DNA from: Eledone cirrhosa | Lineage: Eukaryota | Length of the DNA: 64,000 nt | Direction of reading: 5' to 3' | Assembly: GCA_964016885.1 (NCBI GenBank) | Contig: OZ024745.1 | Location: 51,026,001 to 51,090,000, forward strand | Part shown: piece by piece, positions 24,781-38,103 of the stretch | Position numbering within the stretch: position 1 is the first letter of the stretch | How the letters are laid out: every line of letters begins with the position of its first letter | The notes under the pieces: model-generated | Told to the model about the DNA's origin: nothing | The model's database searches: none | The model's input: only the letters and a program-made list of their open reading frames with translations | Position numbers and translations under genes: made by a program

Positions 24781-26221
24781 ATGGTCTCTAAATTAATGCA
24801 ATGAGTGCCATTTTAGAGTAAAGTAAGTCGCAACCAAATGAAGTCTTTGTGCAGAAGCTTAAAGATTAGCCCGAGTCGTTATTTTATAGAGAGGTCGATG
24901 GCAGAATCATTATAACGCCGGATAAAATGCCTCATGATGGTTTTTATGGCTTTGTATTGCGTTATGCGCTGAAATCTTGAAGTCAACTTTGATTTTTAAT
25001 GTTTCTGCGTCGGTGAAACATGTACCAGTGCCAGGGAAATAATGGGGTCGATTTAATTGACTACAAATTGGGAGATGGATTCTATATGTCAATCTGAGGT
25101 TCTATATTGACTCTTGTTTTTCTCTTCAACAATATGGCAAGCGTGGAGAGGGCAATTGCTGGTTTTCTATATAAACGTCCTCAGGCCTGTAACATTCAGA
25201 AGACGATCCAGTGTTGCTTCCTAACACCGACTGAAGTAAGACATTCCAGAGTTAGATCAACGGTCTCACGAGACATACAGAGTCATAGAAGAAAAATAAG
25301 CTACAAGCATAAAAGAATGTTCGAAGTTCATTTACATTAGAAATATGTAGTGTCTAATGAGTACAGCATGTAGAGTATATAAAAGTGTAGTGTTTAATAA
25401 GTACGTTATATTTCACCGAAGCTGATTTCCACCTGCCTACGCAGTTCCAAGCTGTTACACGAATGCGTATCCTATGAAATATATAGTTCGTGACACGCAG
25501 CTAAATTTCTTTGCATAACTATTTTTTTAAATTCTCCAGAAATAGAGGAGGTAATGGCTATTGATGTTACTTAATTGTAAGCACTGCTTCAGATGTTATA
25601 TATCATGTTTAAAATTGTAGATAGCGATACATTGTATCAGAAAACGATACAGTGGCAAAGTAGTAATAATTAATTAATATGTTCCATAAAGATAAAAAAG
25701 CAATGATAACAAAACGTTGCTTCGAATAAAATTTAAAGTTTGACTCCAAGACTGCATATTGTACGTAGTTTTGGATAATATTTAACTATACTATCTTTCT
25801 TTCGTCTTCCGTTTATAACCTAAATAATTAGAACACTCTCCAAGCGCCATATACACTTTCCCATTTTTATAATTATTTTCTGCCATGTCATACTCAAAGG
25901 TTATACTTATTTGTCTATTTCCTCCTTTAAGGCAATTTACTGTCTTCTAAATCTTTTTAAGGTCAAGCATAACGTTTAATATCTCGGTGGTGCTTTTTGT
26001 TTTGTCTTGATTAATTATCTCGGATGCATCCGATATTTTATCAGCCAAAATTTCTGGGTATATTTAGAATTAAAAAAAGACATTTCTATATTCCCTGCAA
26101 ATATTTTTGTTCCATGTTTTTCTTATACTATGCCCTTCTCAAACTGATTATATCCTCTACATTCCGCAGAAATACTGTTTGCTATGCATATTTTATACTG
26201 CATATCCTATCCACCGTCCTT

Positions 26222-26665
26222 AATAATAATAATAATAATAATAATTGTTTCTACTTTAGGAACAAGGCCAGCAATTACCCAGTGCATTACTGGTACTTTA
26301 TTTTATCGACCCCGTAAGGATGAAAGAGAAAGTCAACCTCGGCGGGATTTGAACTCAGATCGTAAAGGGACGTAACTATGCTGGAAAGCATGGCGTCCGA
26401 CCCTCTATCGATACTGCCAATCCACAATAATGGTTTCTACTATAGACACAAGGCCAACAATTTTGAGGGAGGGGAAAGTCGATTAAATTGACCCCAGCGC
26501 GTTACTGGTACTTTATTTTAATACCCGAAAAGATTAAAGGCAAAACTCATCTCGGTGTGATTTGAACTTAGAATGTAAAGTGCCGTAACTCTATGCCACG
26601 AAGCAGGGTGTCCGAGGCTCTATCGATACTACCAATCTATCGCCCATAATAATTGTTTCTACTTT
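26222..26665 (-). mobile_element. Two tandem SINE copies plus a 3' stub
   Basis: 26222-26425 is a near-identical reverse complement of 1772-1955. 26428-26646 is a variant with the extra gggtcaatttaatcgactttcccc segment. Confidence 0.9.
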
Positions 26666-27699
26666 GAGGCTAATAAAGAAATTGTTCACAAGTTATCAGT
26701 ATCAGAAGATTAGATTGTAGAATCATCTTTGGAGACTTCATCTTCCTAACATGTCTCAACCAACGTCAAAGAGATTCCATATATTTTTCTCTATCTACAT
26801 TCTCTTTTTCGTACGCACACAAACATACTCACGCATATACTCGCAGTAAATCTTGAGAGGATTCGAAACGGTGAACGAGTCACGCATCAAAAATAGGATG
26901 CCCTTGTTTAACAATGCTAAATAAACATTTACATCTAACTAGGAAAACATTTCACATTTAAAACTATGAAGAATTGATTAAATGAGATTTAAGTATCTCA
27001 TCCATAAATACTTCTGGCAACCGTTCGGTCAAAAGCCAAACCTCTGTCGATTCAGTTAATTGTAATTTAACGAAGATAAAAAGAAATTCGAAAGAAATGT
27101 ATATATACAAATTATGGAAATAATGACACAAAATAAAGAAAAAAAGCAATAAATAAATAAGTTGTAAAAAGGAGCTGAAATGTCAATGTATTTTTAAACA
27201 TTGGCATTTTTATTGTATTTTATTATGCTTTATTGCAAATTGCAGTCATTTAAACAACCAACAGAAGGTTCGCTTGGATTTGTTTGGCTTTGGCTCATTG
27301 ATAATAGAAAAAAAGGGGTCAAATTCGGTCAACGGATATTTCTGAGTGCTTGATGGGAATAGGGTAATAGTGAGAATAAAAGAAGGAGAGACTGTGGGGG
27401 AAAGGCTGAAAAACAAGTGCCAATGCTAAAAACAGCTTGTGTGCGACATACAGGTGGGGGCTGTAGTACAGAAATATGAAGATTTTATAAGATAATGAAA
27501 GTGGGTGTGGAAGAATATGGAATGAGAGAGGTTAGAAAATGAAACAGAGTGAAGAAGGAATAGAAATTAAGACAGTATCTATATGACAGAATAAGCTAGT
27601 GAAAGGATAAGATAGGAATTAGAATAAAATAAGATGTGTGAAGAAGACAGTAAAACTAATTGTTTATATAGACATAGTACTTCATATCTAAAGTGAGAA

Positions 27700-27880
27700 A
27701 ATAATTATTTCTACTTTTGGCACAAGGGCAGCAATTTCCCAGTGCATTACTGGTACTTTATTTTATCGACCCCGTAAGGATGAAAGGCAAAGTTAACCTC
27801 GGCGGGAATTGAACTCAGAACGTAAAGAGCCATGACTATGTTGCAAAGCATGGTGTCTAACGCTCTACCGATACTGCCAA
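27700..27880 (-). mobile_element. SINE copy
   Basis: Reverse complement of the SINE consensus. Confidence 0.9.
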
Positions 27881-27981
27881 GTGATGTTCATCCCTCTGCA
27901 AATAACGGCCACGATACTTTCCAGTGAAGTCGAACAATGCAAAGACATGAACAAAATTAACCATCCGAATGTAGCTCATAT

Positions 27982-28286
27982 CTATGCTATATATAATCAA
28001 CCTACAATAGATTTACTATAGATAGCAACATTATTGTTATTATATTCACGCCAAGAAGCATCAAAGTATCCAATTAGAAATATATATGCAGTGAGTAAAA
28101 TGCATTAGCGCAATGCTTAATATTATTTTAATTATTTAGAAATAATGGACGATACTCGTCTAATGCATTTTACTCACTGCATATATATTTCTAATTGGAT
28201 ACTTTGATGCTTCTTGGCGTGAATATAATAACAATAATGTTGCTATCTATAGTAAATCTATTGTAGGTTGATTATATATAGCATAG
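27982..28286. repeat. Inverted repeat, 127-bp arms (27982-28108/28160-28286) with 51-bp spacer
   Basis: The arms read as exact reverse complements by eye. Confidence 0.92.
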
Positions 28287-28519
28287 TATAGAATTCTATA
28301 CTATGACTGTCAAAGTAGTCATACGAAAATAAGTAATCATTGCACACATGTCAGTAGCAATATTTTTCCGTCTCTAAGGGATTTTATCCGATTTTTATAA
28401 GCTATTTTATAGCAACTGACTTACATTGCAGTTATTTTCTCCGCTTGAGCATGTCTTTTTATAATTTTATTTCTTCAGCCGTTCGTAAGTTCGAATATTC
28501 GAGCGTCACTACGATTTTG

Positions 28520-28752
28520 ATAATGATAATGATAATGATTTCTTATTTAGGCACAAGGCCAGCAATTTTTTTAAGGGGAGGGGAAAGTCGATTAAATCGA
28601 CCCCAGTGCATGACCGGTACTTATTTTATCGACCCCGTAAGGATGAAAGGCAAAACTAACCACGGCGGGATTTGAATTCAGAACGTAAACGGTCATAACT
28701 CTATGCCACTAAGAATGTTGTCCAAGGCTCTACCTATACTGCCAATCCACGG
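28520..28752 (-). mobile_element. SINE copy (long variant)
   Basis: Reverse complement of the SINE with a (GAT/AAT) tail. Confidence 0.88.
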
Positions 28753-28953
28753 TATAATTGTTTCTTTATTGGCCACAATATGTAGATATAGGGGACAATA
28801 CAAAAGACAGGGACAGTTGGTGTTTTTACAAAAAATCGCGCCACTAGCATGACGGTTGCAATTTAAATTCTAATCATTTCTCATTTAGTTACTAACTCCT
28901 CCTCCTATGTATTTTTTCTATTGCTACATGTTTACTAAAGGCTATTGATTCTA

Positions 28954-29013
<60 letters not shown>

Positions 29014-29287
29014 ATAGCCGTCGAAACGGCTTGAACTCTGACGTCGGGGTCATACATTTTCTTATATATATATATATATATATATATAACCTGATTGGTG
29101 TTTTTCGTTGATTTGGTATTAAGTGGCTAGGCTTACCTGTTGCAAATTTCAATTTGTCAAGCTGTCTAAACGTATGTTATTACTCTAAGACCGTCAACCT
29201 TATCGAGTGCTTTACTGCACATTCCTAATTGTATATCGTTAGCTTGGCCACAGCCAAACCTTCGATTTTACTAAACTTCCACTTGTG

Positions 29288-29338
<51 letters not shown>

Positions 29339-30546
29339 AGAAAGAGAGAGAGGGGCGTCAGGATTATACCAGTTTTAAACTTGAGAAATATTTAAATTAT
29401 ATACTTTTTAGAATCAGCTAGGAATATATGGTTACAGCCCCATTTAACTAAGGTAATGATATAGTTCCTAGAAAGAATGATATAAAAATGAGAGGAACAT
29501 AAATCTACACTTAAGTTTACTAGGAAATTATCGAAGCAAAAATATATAATTACACCAATCTTTCAGTAACGTCATAGACACGATCTCGAAAAGCACTAAA
29601 CTAACGGAAACCATAAGAAATGTAACCAAGCTAAAATAACATGATGACTACTATGTTTGTTTACTCATGAATGCATTATTAACTACTTTTGTCACACAGT
29701 ACAATAATAACAATATTTGCACGTTAGTATATCAAGGTGGCAAACGTTATTAGAGCGTCGGAGAGAATGCATTGCAAACTTTGTTCTGGGTATTTGTGTT
29801 CAGACTTCAAATATCGCTTGGGTCAATTTTGCCTTTCATCTTTTGGGCTCAATAAAGAAAATACCAGCGTGGTGGATTGGTGCAATCGTTAAAACATCGG
29901 TTCTGAATTTAAATCCAGACTACTATCTCTGGATAAAAATGGTGACACTTCTGCCATGTTTTGTAGCCAACAGGTAGAATCAGCAATGTTACAAACGGAA
30001 GAGCAACCATAGAAAGCAGTGTCAGGAAACGAAACTGAATGGTGTGTTCATTGCCTGGTTTAAGATTTTCTCTGTCAGGGCTGAACTTAAATAAATAACA
30101 ACCTTTGGCATGTGTTCATTTATTTTTATCTTTGTTATCGCAATTCAGTGATTAAAATGAACATACACCAATCTGGTTATGTTTATCAGCTGCAAACATC
30201 TTTTATCACGTTGGAAAGCGCTTTATCTACTAAGTCTTCGAAAGATAACCATATATCCTGTTACGTTTACAGAATGGTTTCTAGCATGCCACTTTCTTGA
30301 ACTTATGATTTGAATTGAAGATCGTCGGTTAATTACTTAATTACCACTGTTATGCCAGACTAAGAAAAATTTCAAATATTGCTGCACATGAAATATTATC
30401 CTGATAGGGGATTAACTAATTTCTGTGTTAATAAAATATCACAAAGTACCGTTCAATTAAAATATAACAGATAATCCTTCTTATATCAGATTATCTTGAA
30501 AACTAAATGATCAAACTAAATAAATGCAGCTAAATTTCTTTCAGAA

Positions 30547-30579
<33 letters not shown>

Positions 30580-30784
30580 AATATACATATTAGAGAGTCG
30601 GGGCACGGCGCTAAGTTCCTGCCGTTTCGATAGCAAATTTCAAATTACGGAGAGCTCAGCCGTCGTGCCCTGACTCTCTAATATATTTACACACTACTAT
30701 CTCAACTATCGAGTATTCTGCTGAATAATGGTCATACAAGTTTAAAACTGGTATAATCCTGACGCCCCCTCTCTCTCTTTTTCT

Positions 30785-30831
<47 letters not shown>

Positions 30832-31099
30832 AGTGGAAGTTTAGTAAAATCGAAGTTTTGGCTATGGCCAAGCTAACGATATACAATTAGGAATGTGCAG
30901 TAAAGCACTCGATAAGGTTGAAGGTCTTAGAGTAATAACATACGTTTAGACAGCTTGACAAATTGAAAATTGCAACAGGTAAGCCTAGCCACTTAATACC
31001 AAATCAACGAAAAACACCAATCAGGTTATATATATATATATATATATATAAGAAAATGTATGACCCCGACGTCAGAGCTCAAGCCGTTTCGACGGCTAT

Positions 31100-31154
<55 letters not shown>

Positions 31155-31412
31155 GTGATTAGAATCAATAGCCTTTAGTAAACATGTAGCAATAGAAAAA
31201 ATACATAGGAGGAGGAGTTAGTAACTAAATGAGAAATGATTAGAATTTAAATTGCAACCGTCATGCTAGTGGCGCGATTTTTTGTAAAAACACCAACTGT
31301 CCCTGTCTTTTGTATTGTCCTTTATATGTAGGCCCCTGTGGCCAATAAAGAAACAATTATACCGTGGATTGGCAGTATCGGTAGAGCCTTGGACAACATT
31401 TTTAGTGGCATA
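28702..31412. repeat. Inverted duplication, ~680-bp arms (28702-29383/30737-31412) with ~1.35-kb spacer
   Basis: The arms are colinear reverse complements that include three (TA)n tracts, with scattered substitutions. Confidence 0.92.
30587..30684. repeat. Short diverged hairpin related to the PLE ribozyme 3' half
   Basis: atattagagagtcggggcacggcg pairs with cgtcgtgccctgactctctaatat. The following 30693-30733 resembles the PLE tail at 10116-10157. Confidence 0.7.
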
Positions 31413-32605
31413 TTGTACCGTATTTTATTTCTTACTAAATTGAAACACCATCTTTTCAATGAGAAATATATATTGAAACAATAAAAAATATCGTTGGAAA
31501 ATGCTGAATTCACTCTTAATTGCTTCTCTTTTTCCTTCGCCTTGGTAAGCTTGGTTTCGTCTATCAAGAAGTATTGCTTTTCGAATTTTATTTTCTTTAT
31601 TGCTACACAAAAGAATATTTTTTTTAGAAATATTGTTCTCAACAGCACGCATAAATATCGGTCTGATATATGGTAAAATTATTATATGAAAACTGGAAAG
31701 TGCTCTTGGATTACGATTGGTTTGGTTATTGTAACCAGAAAATTCATGTTGCCAGTCTTGCTACTGATATCACTGACTTTGTTACTCGATAAACTTATTA
31801 CTCGATAAACTGTTATCACATTTATCATGAAACCATTGTAATCACATTTATCTTGAAAAACTTTGCCTATTATTTTGAAAATATAAAGAATGTTGAGGGT
31901 TTTAATAACATAATTATCGTTTTCTCTACTTAGCTCCCGTGTGGAGAATATTTTAATAAATGTTCTTACATAGAATTATGATTGAATGTTTTTAGATAAA
32001 TATAAACATTCTAAAACAAGCACGTTTGTAATGTAGAACCAAATGGGTTTCAGGTGTTTGATACCAAATGGGTTAAGAGAGGTTGGGATGCTATCAATTG
32101 CTTTAAATTACACACTTCTAACATTGCGTGGAGGTAGGAAACATTGTCAGGCATTTTGCTTTCTATAATTTCAGTCGAGTCTCCTGCTGGGTCGGGTTAT
32201 ATTTCGTGTAGTCAGCAAGATATATTATAGCTCTATATCAATGACGTTCCAAATACTTGTCGATTCTTTGGACTATATTCATTTTAAAACAAATTAGTAT
32301 TGTGTAAAAATAAGATGCATTTTGATCTGTTATCCCGCTCATAGAGTGCATTATCTTGTAAATGGGAAATACCTGTGTCTGGTGGGGTTTCTTTTAGAAG
32401 TGAATATAGGTATAATATCGTTCATAAAAGTAAAGTTTTTAGAAATATTTTAAACATTAAGGATAGTGACTAATTTATACAGACACAAGGTCAAGTGAGC
32501 ACTCAACTGTATTGGTATGTTTTATCGAGACTTTATGATGAAAGATAGAGCCGCTCTAGTAGCGATGGAAACTATAACCTAATAATCTAGAAAGTAGAAA
32601 CTAAA

Positions 32606-32750
32606 TAATTGTTTCTACTTTTGGCACAAGGCCAGCAATTATCCCAGTGCATTACTGGTACTTTATTTTATCGAACCCCCGTAAGGATGAAAGGCAAAGT
32701 TAACCTCGGCGGGATTTGATCTCAGAATGACAAGGGCCGTAATTCTATGC
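32606..32750 (-). mobile_element. SINE copy
   Basis: Reverse complement of the SINE core and 3' end. Confidence 0.9.
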
Positions 32751-32895
32751 GTCGAGTAGAAACTAAATAATGCGATGCATTTTGCTTGTGCAACTACTAA
32801 TCATATGTATTACATACAGAGGGACAACTGTGTTGATGATTATAGTTGGTTAAATTAGCTCCAATACATTTTCCCTTTAATCATTTGCTCTAAGT

Positions 32896-35591
32896 CAGGG
32901 CTTTTTCAATATGCCACGTACCGCTAATATTTCGTAGTAATATTAATTTATACCGGAAACGATATATATAATGAATATAATAAAAGTTGACCATTTTTTT
33001 TATCTTCTATTTATTTTGTAAACAATACAATATCAAAACATATAAAAGAAGTAATAAAAAAATAACAAGCAGTTTATTAACACAAAAATAAAGATTATAT
33101 AACCTTAATCTTTACTAGTGTGAAAGGTGAGCCTGCTTCTTCTTTGTCAGTTTATCCAGTCGTGGTTCAATTGATGACAGTGCCACGCGCAATGGAGAAT
33201 GAATATATATATTATTCCTGTACTTTATCTTAATAACACTCATGGTTGAGAAGCCAGTCTCGCAGAGGTATGTTGAAGGAAATGGGAGAAGAGTTTTCAG
33301 AGCAATTTCATTAAGCTCAGGATATTCTGCTTTCACTTTTATCCAAAATGAACCAAGTGATGTTCTAGTTTCGAAACTCCTCTTCAATCCTCCGTCAGCA
33401 GCCAGGCCAGCAATTTATCCTCCATATTGACACTTAAGTCTTCTTGCAGTGGAATAAGCGGCTTTCGGATCCATCCATTCCCTTTCCGTGGATCTTCTTC
33501 GGCTGGGAAGTAAAACTGAAACCGGTCTGCCAGTTCTGTGGAAATTATTTTGGTTGCAAGACTTTCTCGGTGAAGGAAGCAGTGCGTCGACTTGAATTCG
33601 GGGCTATGCGCCTTTATCTGGGTAACCACTCTCGAATGCTGTCCTATCATTGCGGCAGCGCCATCAGAACACACGCCTACACAAAACTTGAAATCCAACC
33701 CACATTTGTTAACGATGTAGTCGCTCACAGTCTTGAACACTTCAGAATTAGTTGTTTTTGTTGGTAGTGAAGCAGAGGAAAAAAAACTCTTCCTTCAAAT
33801 CAGCTTCATGTTCAAAGCGCACATACACCATCAGAATTGCCTGATTAGCAAAGTCTGTACGTTCATCAAGCTGCAAAGAAAAGTACTTTGTTAATTTAAT
33901 TTGTTCTATGAGCTGATCTTCCATATCGTGAGCCAGATCGTGAATTCGTCGAGCTACAGTGTCATTTGAAAGTGGCACCTGAACCACTTTCTTTGATTCT
34001 GGCTCGCCTACCATTTCCATGCAGCCATCTTTAATACAGCCTATCACTAGCGTCTCACCGATTGTGTATGGCTTTTTAGCCTTGGCAACTCGAAGTGCTA
34101 CTTTATAAGAAGTCCGCAAAGCATAAGTATTTATGTGTGACACTTCAAAGATCTGTTTCTGACGGCCTTTTAAATCAACATGCTTTCTTTCAAAGAACTC
34201 TTTTGGCTTTGAACTCATTTCTTTATGTTTTCTATTTAAATGTCTCTTCAGATTTAATGGCTTCATTGACTCGTTAGCCAACACTTCTCCACAAATTACA
34301 CACTGTGGTTTTTGCATTCCCCCATCATTCGTGGCTACAAAACCGAATTGAATGTATGAGGAGTACGAATTCTTTTTCCCTGCAATAGTTCGGTTTCATT
34401 TACATCGCCTTCATCTGATTCAAAATTACTTGCGGGTTCAGCAACCGGATGTTTTGGCTTGATAAATATGTCCATAGGGCCTCGCTCCGCCATCTGAAAA
34501 TTAGGGATAGAAATAATTAATATAAATTCCATAACCTCAGTTATATACTTCTGACTTCCTCATGAGCATCGTGTGTTGCAAACCAAAAATTGGCTTAGGT
34601 GAACCAGTTAGCCGCTACCTGAAGCCCTCCTTATATACCACACTCTGATTTCACAAGTCTATTCACCCCCCCCCCCCCCCAAACAAAAAACAGGGGGGGG
34701 GGGTTCAACATACAAACTGCTTCTCGCGAGTACTAGGGAAACTTCCCTAAAAAACTTATAGCAATCTTACTTTAGCATATTACACAAAAATCGGAGTTTA
34801 TTTCATCTTCAGAGCACTAGGGAATTTACAAAATTAACCGGAGAAGGCGGGGGGGGGGGGGGGGTATGGGTGTATTTGGGTGTATTGTCTGGTTTGGGGG
34901 AGGCGTGAAGGGAATGACGCCTGTTTGATGGCGTCGAGGTGTGAGAGGAGGCTAATGGATTACAGAGGGCATAACATTAATTTACTGAGGGAATACCACG
35001 TAAATAATGTTTTTTTACTGTTAAGAATTAATCAGGCTATTTTAAGCGTGAGAAAACAGTTACATTAAGGGAAATAAATAATTTATTTGAGGATACGGGC
35101 CGAAGTAAAGGGAGCATGGTTTTGAAGGGAGACTAAAGTATCATTCGACGGCATTACAATATCACAAATATACTACATTTACTTACATAATCTCTACACA
35201 ACCGGTAAGTACCACGCGTCACTACCGGCCAACTGATAAGTTGTTTACTTACTGCAGTAGGTCGTTTAGTCACCGAAACTGATGCTGCACAGTCCATTTT
35301 CTGTTATTTGACTTTCTTTCTTCATAGAAAACTATGATATATTATCAACTCATATTTTTACTATCAGGTTAATTTACCTATTATTGTCATATCATTTTCA
35401 CCCCCAGTTTTCATTGCATAAGGACAAATTACTGAAACTAGCAGTCACAGCCTAAAATTTCCTTGAAATTCCTTAGATTCTACCAATTCCTCAAATGATT
35501 CCTTAGCATGGCCTGGACACTGGCCGCGTACTGGTAGCTGATGGCTCGCGTACCGACACCGGTCCGCGGACCACCACTTTGAGTAGCACTG
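32896..35591 (-). mobile_element. hAT transposon, Buster/Charlie family, internally deleted
   Basis: Termini CAGGGCTTTTTCAA and (reverse complement) CAGTGCTACTCAAA. 8-bp TSD ctctaagt (32888-32895) / ctctaaat (35592-35599). Transposase remnants lie inside. Confidence 0.9.
33115..34493 (-). pseudogene. Buster/Charlie-type hAT transposase pseudogene
   Basis: Motifs PQCVICGEVLANESMKP..LKRHL (BED finger), YFSLQLDE.TD, CSDGAAAM, HCFLHRESLA, LPFPSTYLCETGFS, QAHLSH*. There are frameshifts and a large deletion after KIISTEL. A ttttcag acceptor-like site lies directly before the ATG at 34493. Confidence 0.9.
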
Positions 35592-36489
35592 CTCTAAATG
35601 ACACCACATATCACACAGAGTTTATGTCTGTCCAGGCTATAACGAAAGAAGTATAGTCTCAGCACAGCAATAATTTAACTATACAGCCTGGTGTAGTAGC
35701 TATGGAGTCATACTGGTAGTGTATATCATACTGGTAGTGTATGGGACTAATACTATTAGTTTTCATGTTGAACTAGATGAAGAAATCCGGAAGAAGATAA
35801 TTTCATATAGGGAAAAATCTAGATTGATGAGGAAACATTAAAATATTACAAATGTGATGTGAAAATATCAGCTTGTACTTTCTCTACAACTACACAAAGC
35901 AGGTCACCTTTATACAAAAGCAGTGAGAAATTACAAAATTGATAAAAGTCGAAAATATTTCTCGAATTTCTTGTTAGTTCATCATAATCATATGGGAAGT
36001 TGGAACCAGTAAATAATCACTAATTGAAAACTATTTAAAAGTCTAAACTTCTTTAATCATTTGTATTATTATTATTAATCTGTGGAGAAGGGGTTATTTC
36101 TTCTCCTCCCAATAATCACTTCCTCATATTTGCATGGTTGTTTGTTGTCAAAGTTCGCAAAGAGCTGGAAGCCTCTGACGGGGATTCAAAAGCAGTATGA
36201 AAATGTAAAACATCTCTCAAGGGTCCTAATACCACCTGAACACACACATTTGTACGAAAGGTGTAAACAATTATCGATATAGATACCAGAAAAATCAATT
36301 AGTGTCATTCCTAAGGAGTTCAATGTTTCAATGTATCGGAACAATTGTTCATGAGGAACTACGATAACCGTCTGAGCTGTGCAATGCACTTGTTGAGCAA
36401 GTTGAAACATCAAAAGACTAGGCTACTTTTGTTTTGTTTTGTTTTTTCCAGATGAGAAAATATAAGACACACAGATATATTAGTTAGAG

Positions 36490-36903
36490 TTGCAGCCTTT
36501 TATCCTCCTTAATTCTCTGGCGATTTTTCTCGCAATGTTCTGCATCGATATTGATAAGATGACGCCACGCTTTTCTATCTTCTAATTTTCTCCAAGACAC
36601 AGAGTTGGTGCTCCACATAGTCTGTTTCAATTTGTGTTTGTAACGCTACATGGGGTGGTCGCAGGATCTCTTTCCTGTGCTGCGGGTAGAGTATTTGACG
36701 TGATAGAGTGGTGCTATTCATGCATTGGACGTGACTCTCTAAAGTGATATTCAATGATGTTGGCATTGGTCTGTTCAAGGACAGTATTTTTGCCGACATA
36801 GTCCCACCATTTCATGCTCATAATCGATCGAAGTTTCTGTCTGCTTATGAAATCTTTCCAGTTTTGGGATCTTCTGGCAGTACAAAATCCACGTTTCACA
36901 ATC
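36490..36903 (-). mobile_element. Degraded RTE-BovB-like LINE fragment
   Basis: Across frameshifts: CETWILY..KLERFH..KLRSIMSMKWWDYV..TVL; HVQCMN..LSRQILY; DRKAWRHLI...EKNRQRIKEDKR. Confidence 0.7.
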
Positions 36904-37904
36904 TAATTTGTGTGTGTGTGTGTGTGTGGGGGGGGGGGGGGGGTTGTTGTATAAATAATATATATCGAATCGACATAAATAATATACATTTATAATGCAT
37001 CTGAAGCTTGATATGATGCATTATATATCAAATAATGTCTTACTATAACAGACTCACAAACTGTGTCATAAATTGGGCACATATTCACACTAATTGTGCT
37101 CACCACAGGGATCGTATATTCGTAAGATAGGCGACAGTAGAAACCATTTGGAAAACACATTAGGCTCCAAAACGAAATGCATGCTATGTGGTTTTGGAAC
37201 AAGAGGAAAGAAAACCGTCTGAGGAAGGAAACACGAGACATGGGTTTTATTGCCAGCCTTATTTTAAAGTGGAACGCACATAAATGAAGCATAAGAAAAC
37301 ATTTTTTTTTTTCAGATATTTAAACGAAATAAAACATGACATCGAGATGAAACTAATTATATTTCTATTCACTTTATATCTTTTGCAGTCAGTGAGAATC
37401 TGAATTTGTAATATTCATGCAATACAAGTTGTTAGTTTAAGAAGCAATCAAGAAGCCGAATGTATGAAATGTAACCGATATTACACTAATTCCGCTAAAT
37501 TTCTAATTCAAATTGTATTTGATATTACCCCAGATCCTTTTATGTTTGATATAATCTTACGTAAATTATAAATAAAAACAAATCATAATAGAGCTCACAT
37601 AGAGTATAAAATATTTACATACTTATTATGGGCACATAAAATAAGGATAAGAAAAAATGTGTTCTGGATTTAAACTGCTGAGTTCTGACTTAATTCTTAA
37701 ATCCTGCTATGATACAGTTCCAGGGAATTGTTTAAATAATATTGTGACAGTATTAATATTAACTGCACATGTACTGAATAATTATTAACACTTGCATTTT
37801 CCTTAGTGCTATAATAGCAAACATTTCCATTTTAATAAACGTCAATATTATTATTTTATGTACACACCAGTCAGTAGCTGATGATTTATAGAAGTACTAT
37901 GTTG

Positions 37905-38103
37905 GTAGGTGGATTGGCAGTATCGGTAGAGGGGTCGGACGCCATGCTTTCCAGCATAGTTACGTCCCTTTACGATCTGAGTTCAAATCCCGCCGAAGTT
38001 GACTTTGCCTTTCATCCTTACGGGGTCGATAAAATAAAGTACCAGTAATGCACTGGGTAATTGCTGGCCTTGTGCCTAAAGTAGAAACAATTATTATTAT
38101 ATT
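37905..38103 (+). mobile_element. Near full-length young SINE copy with (ATT)n tail
   Basis: Almost identical to 1771-1955. Confidence 0.92.
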
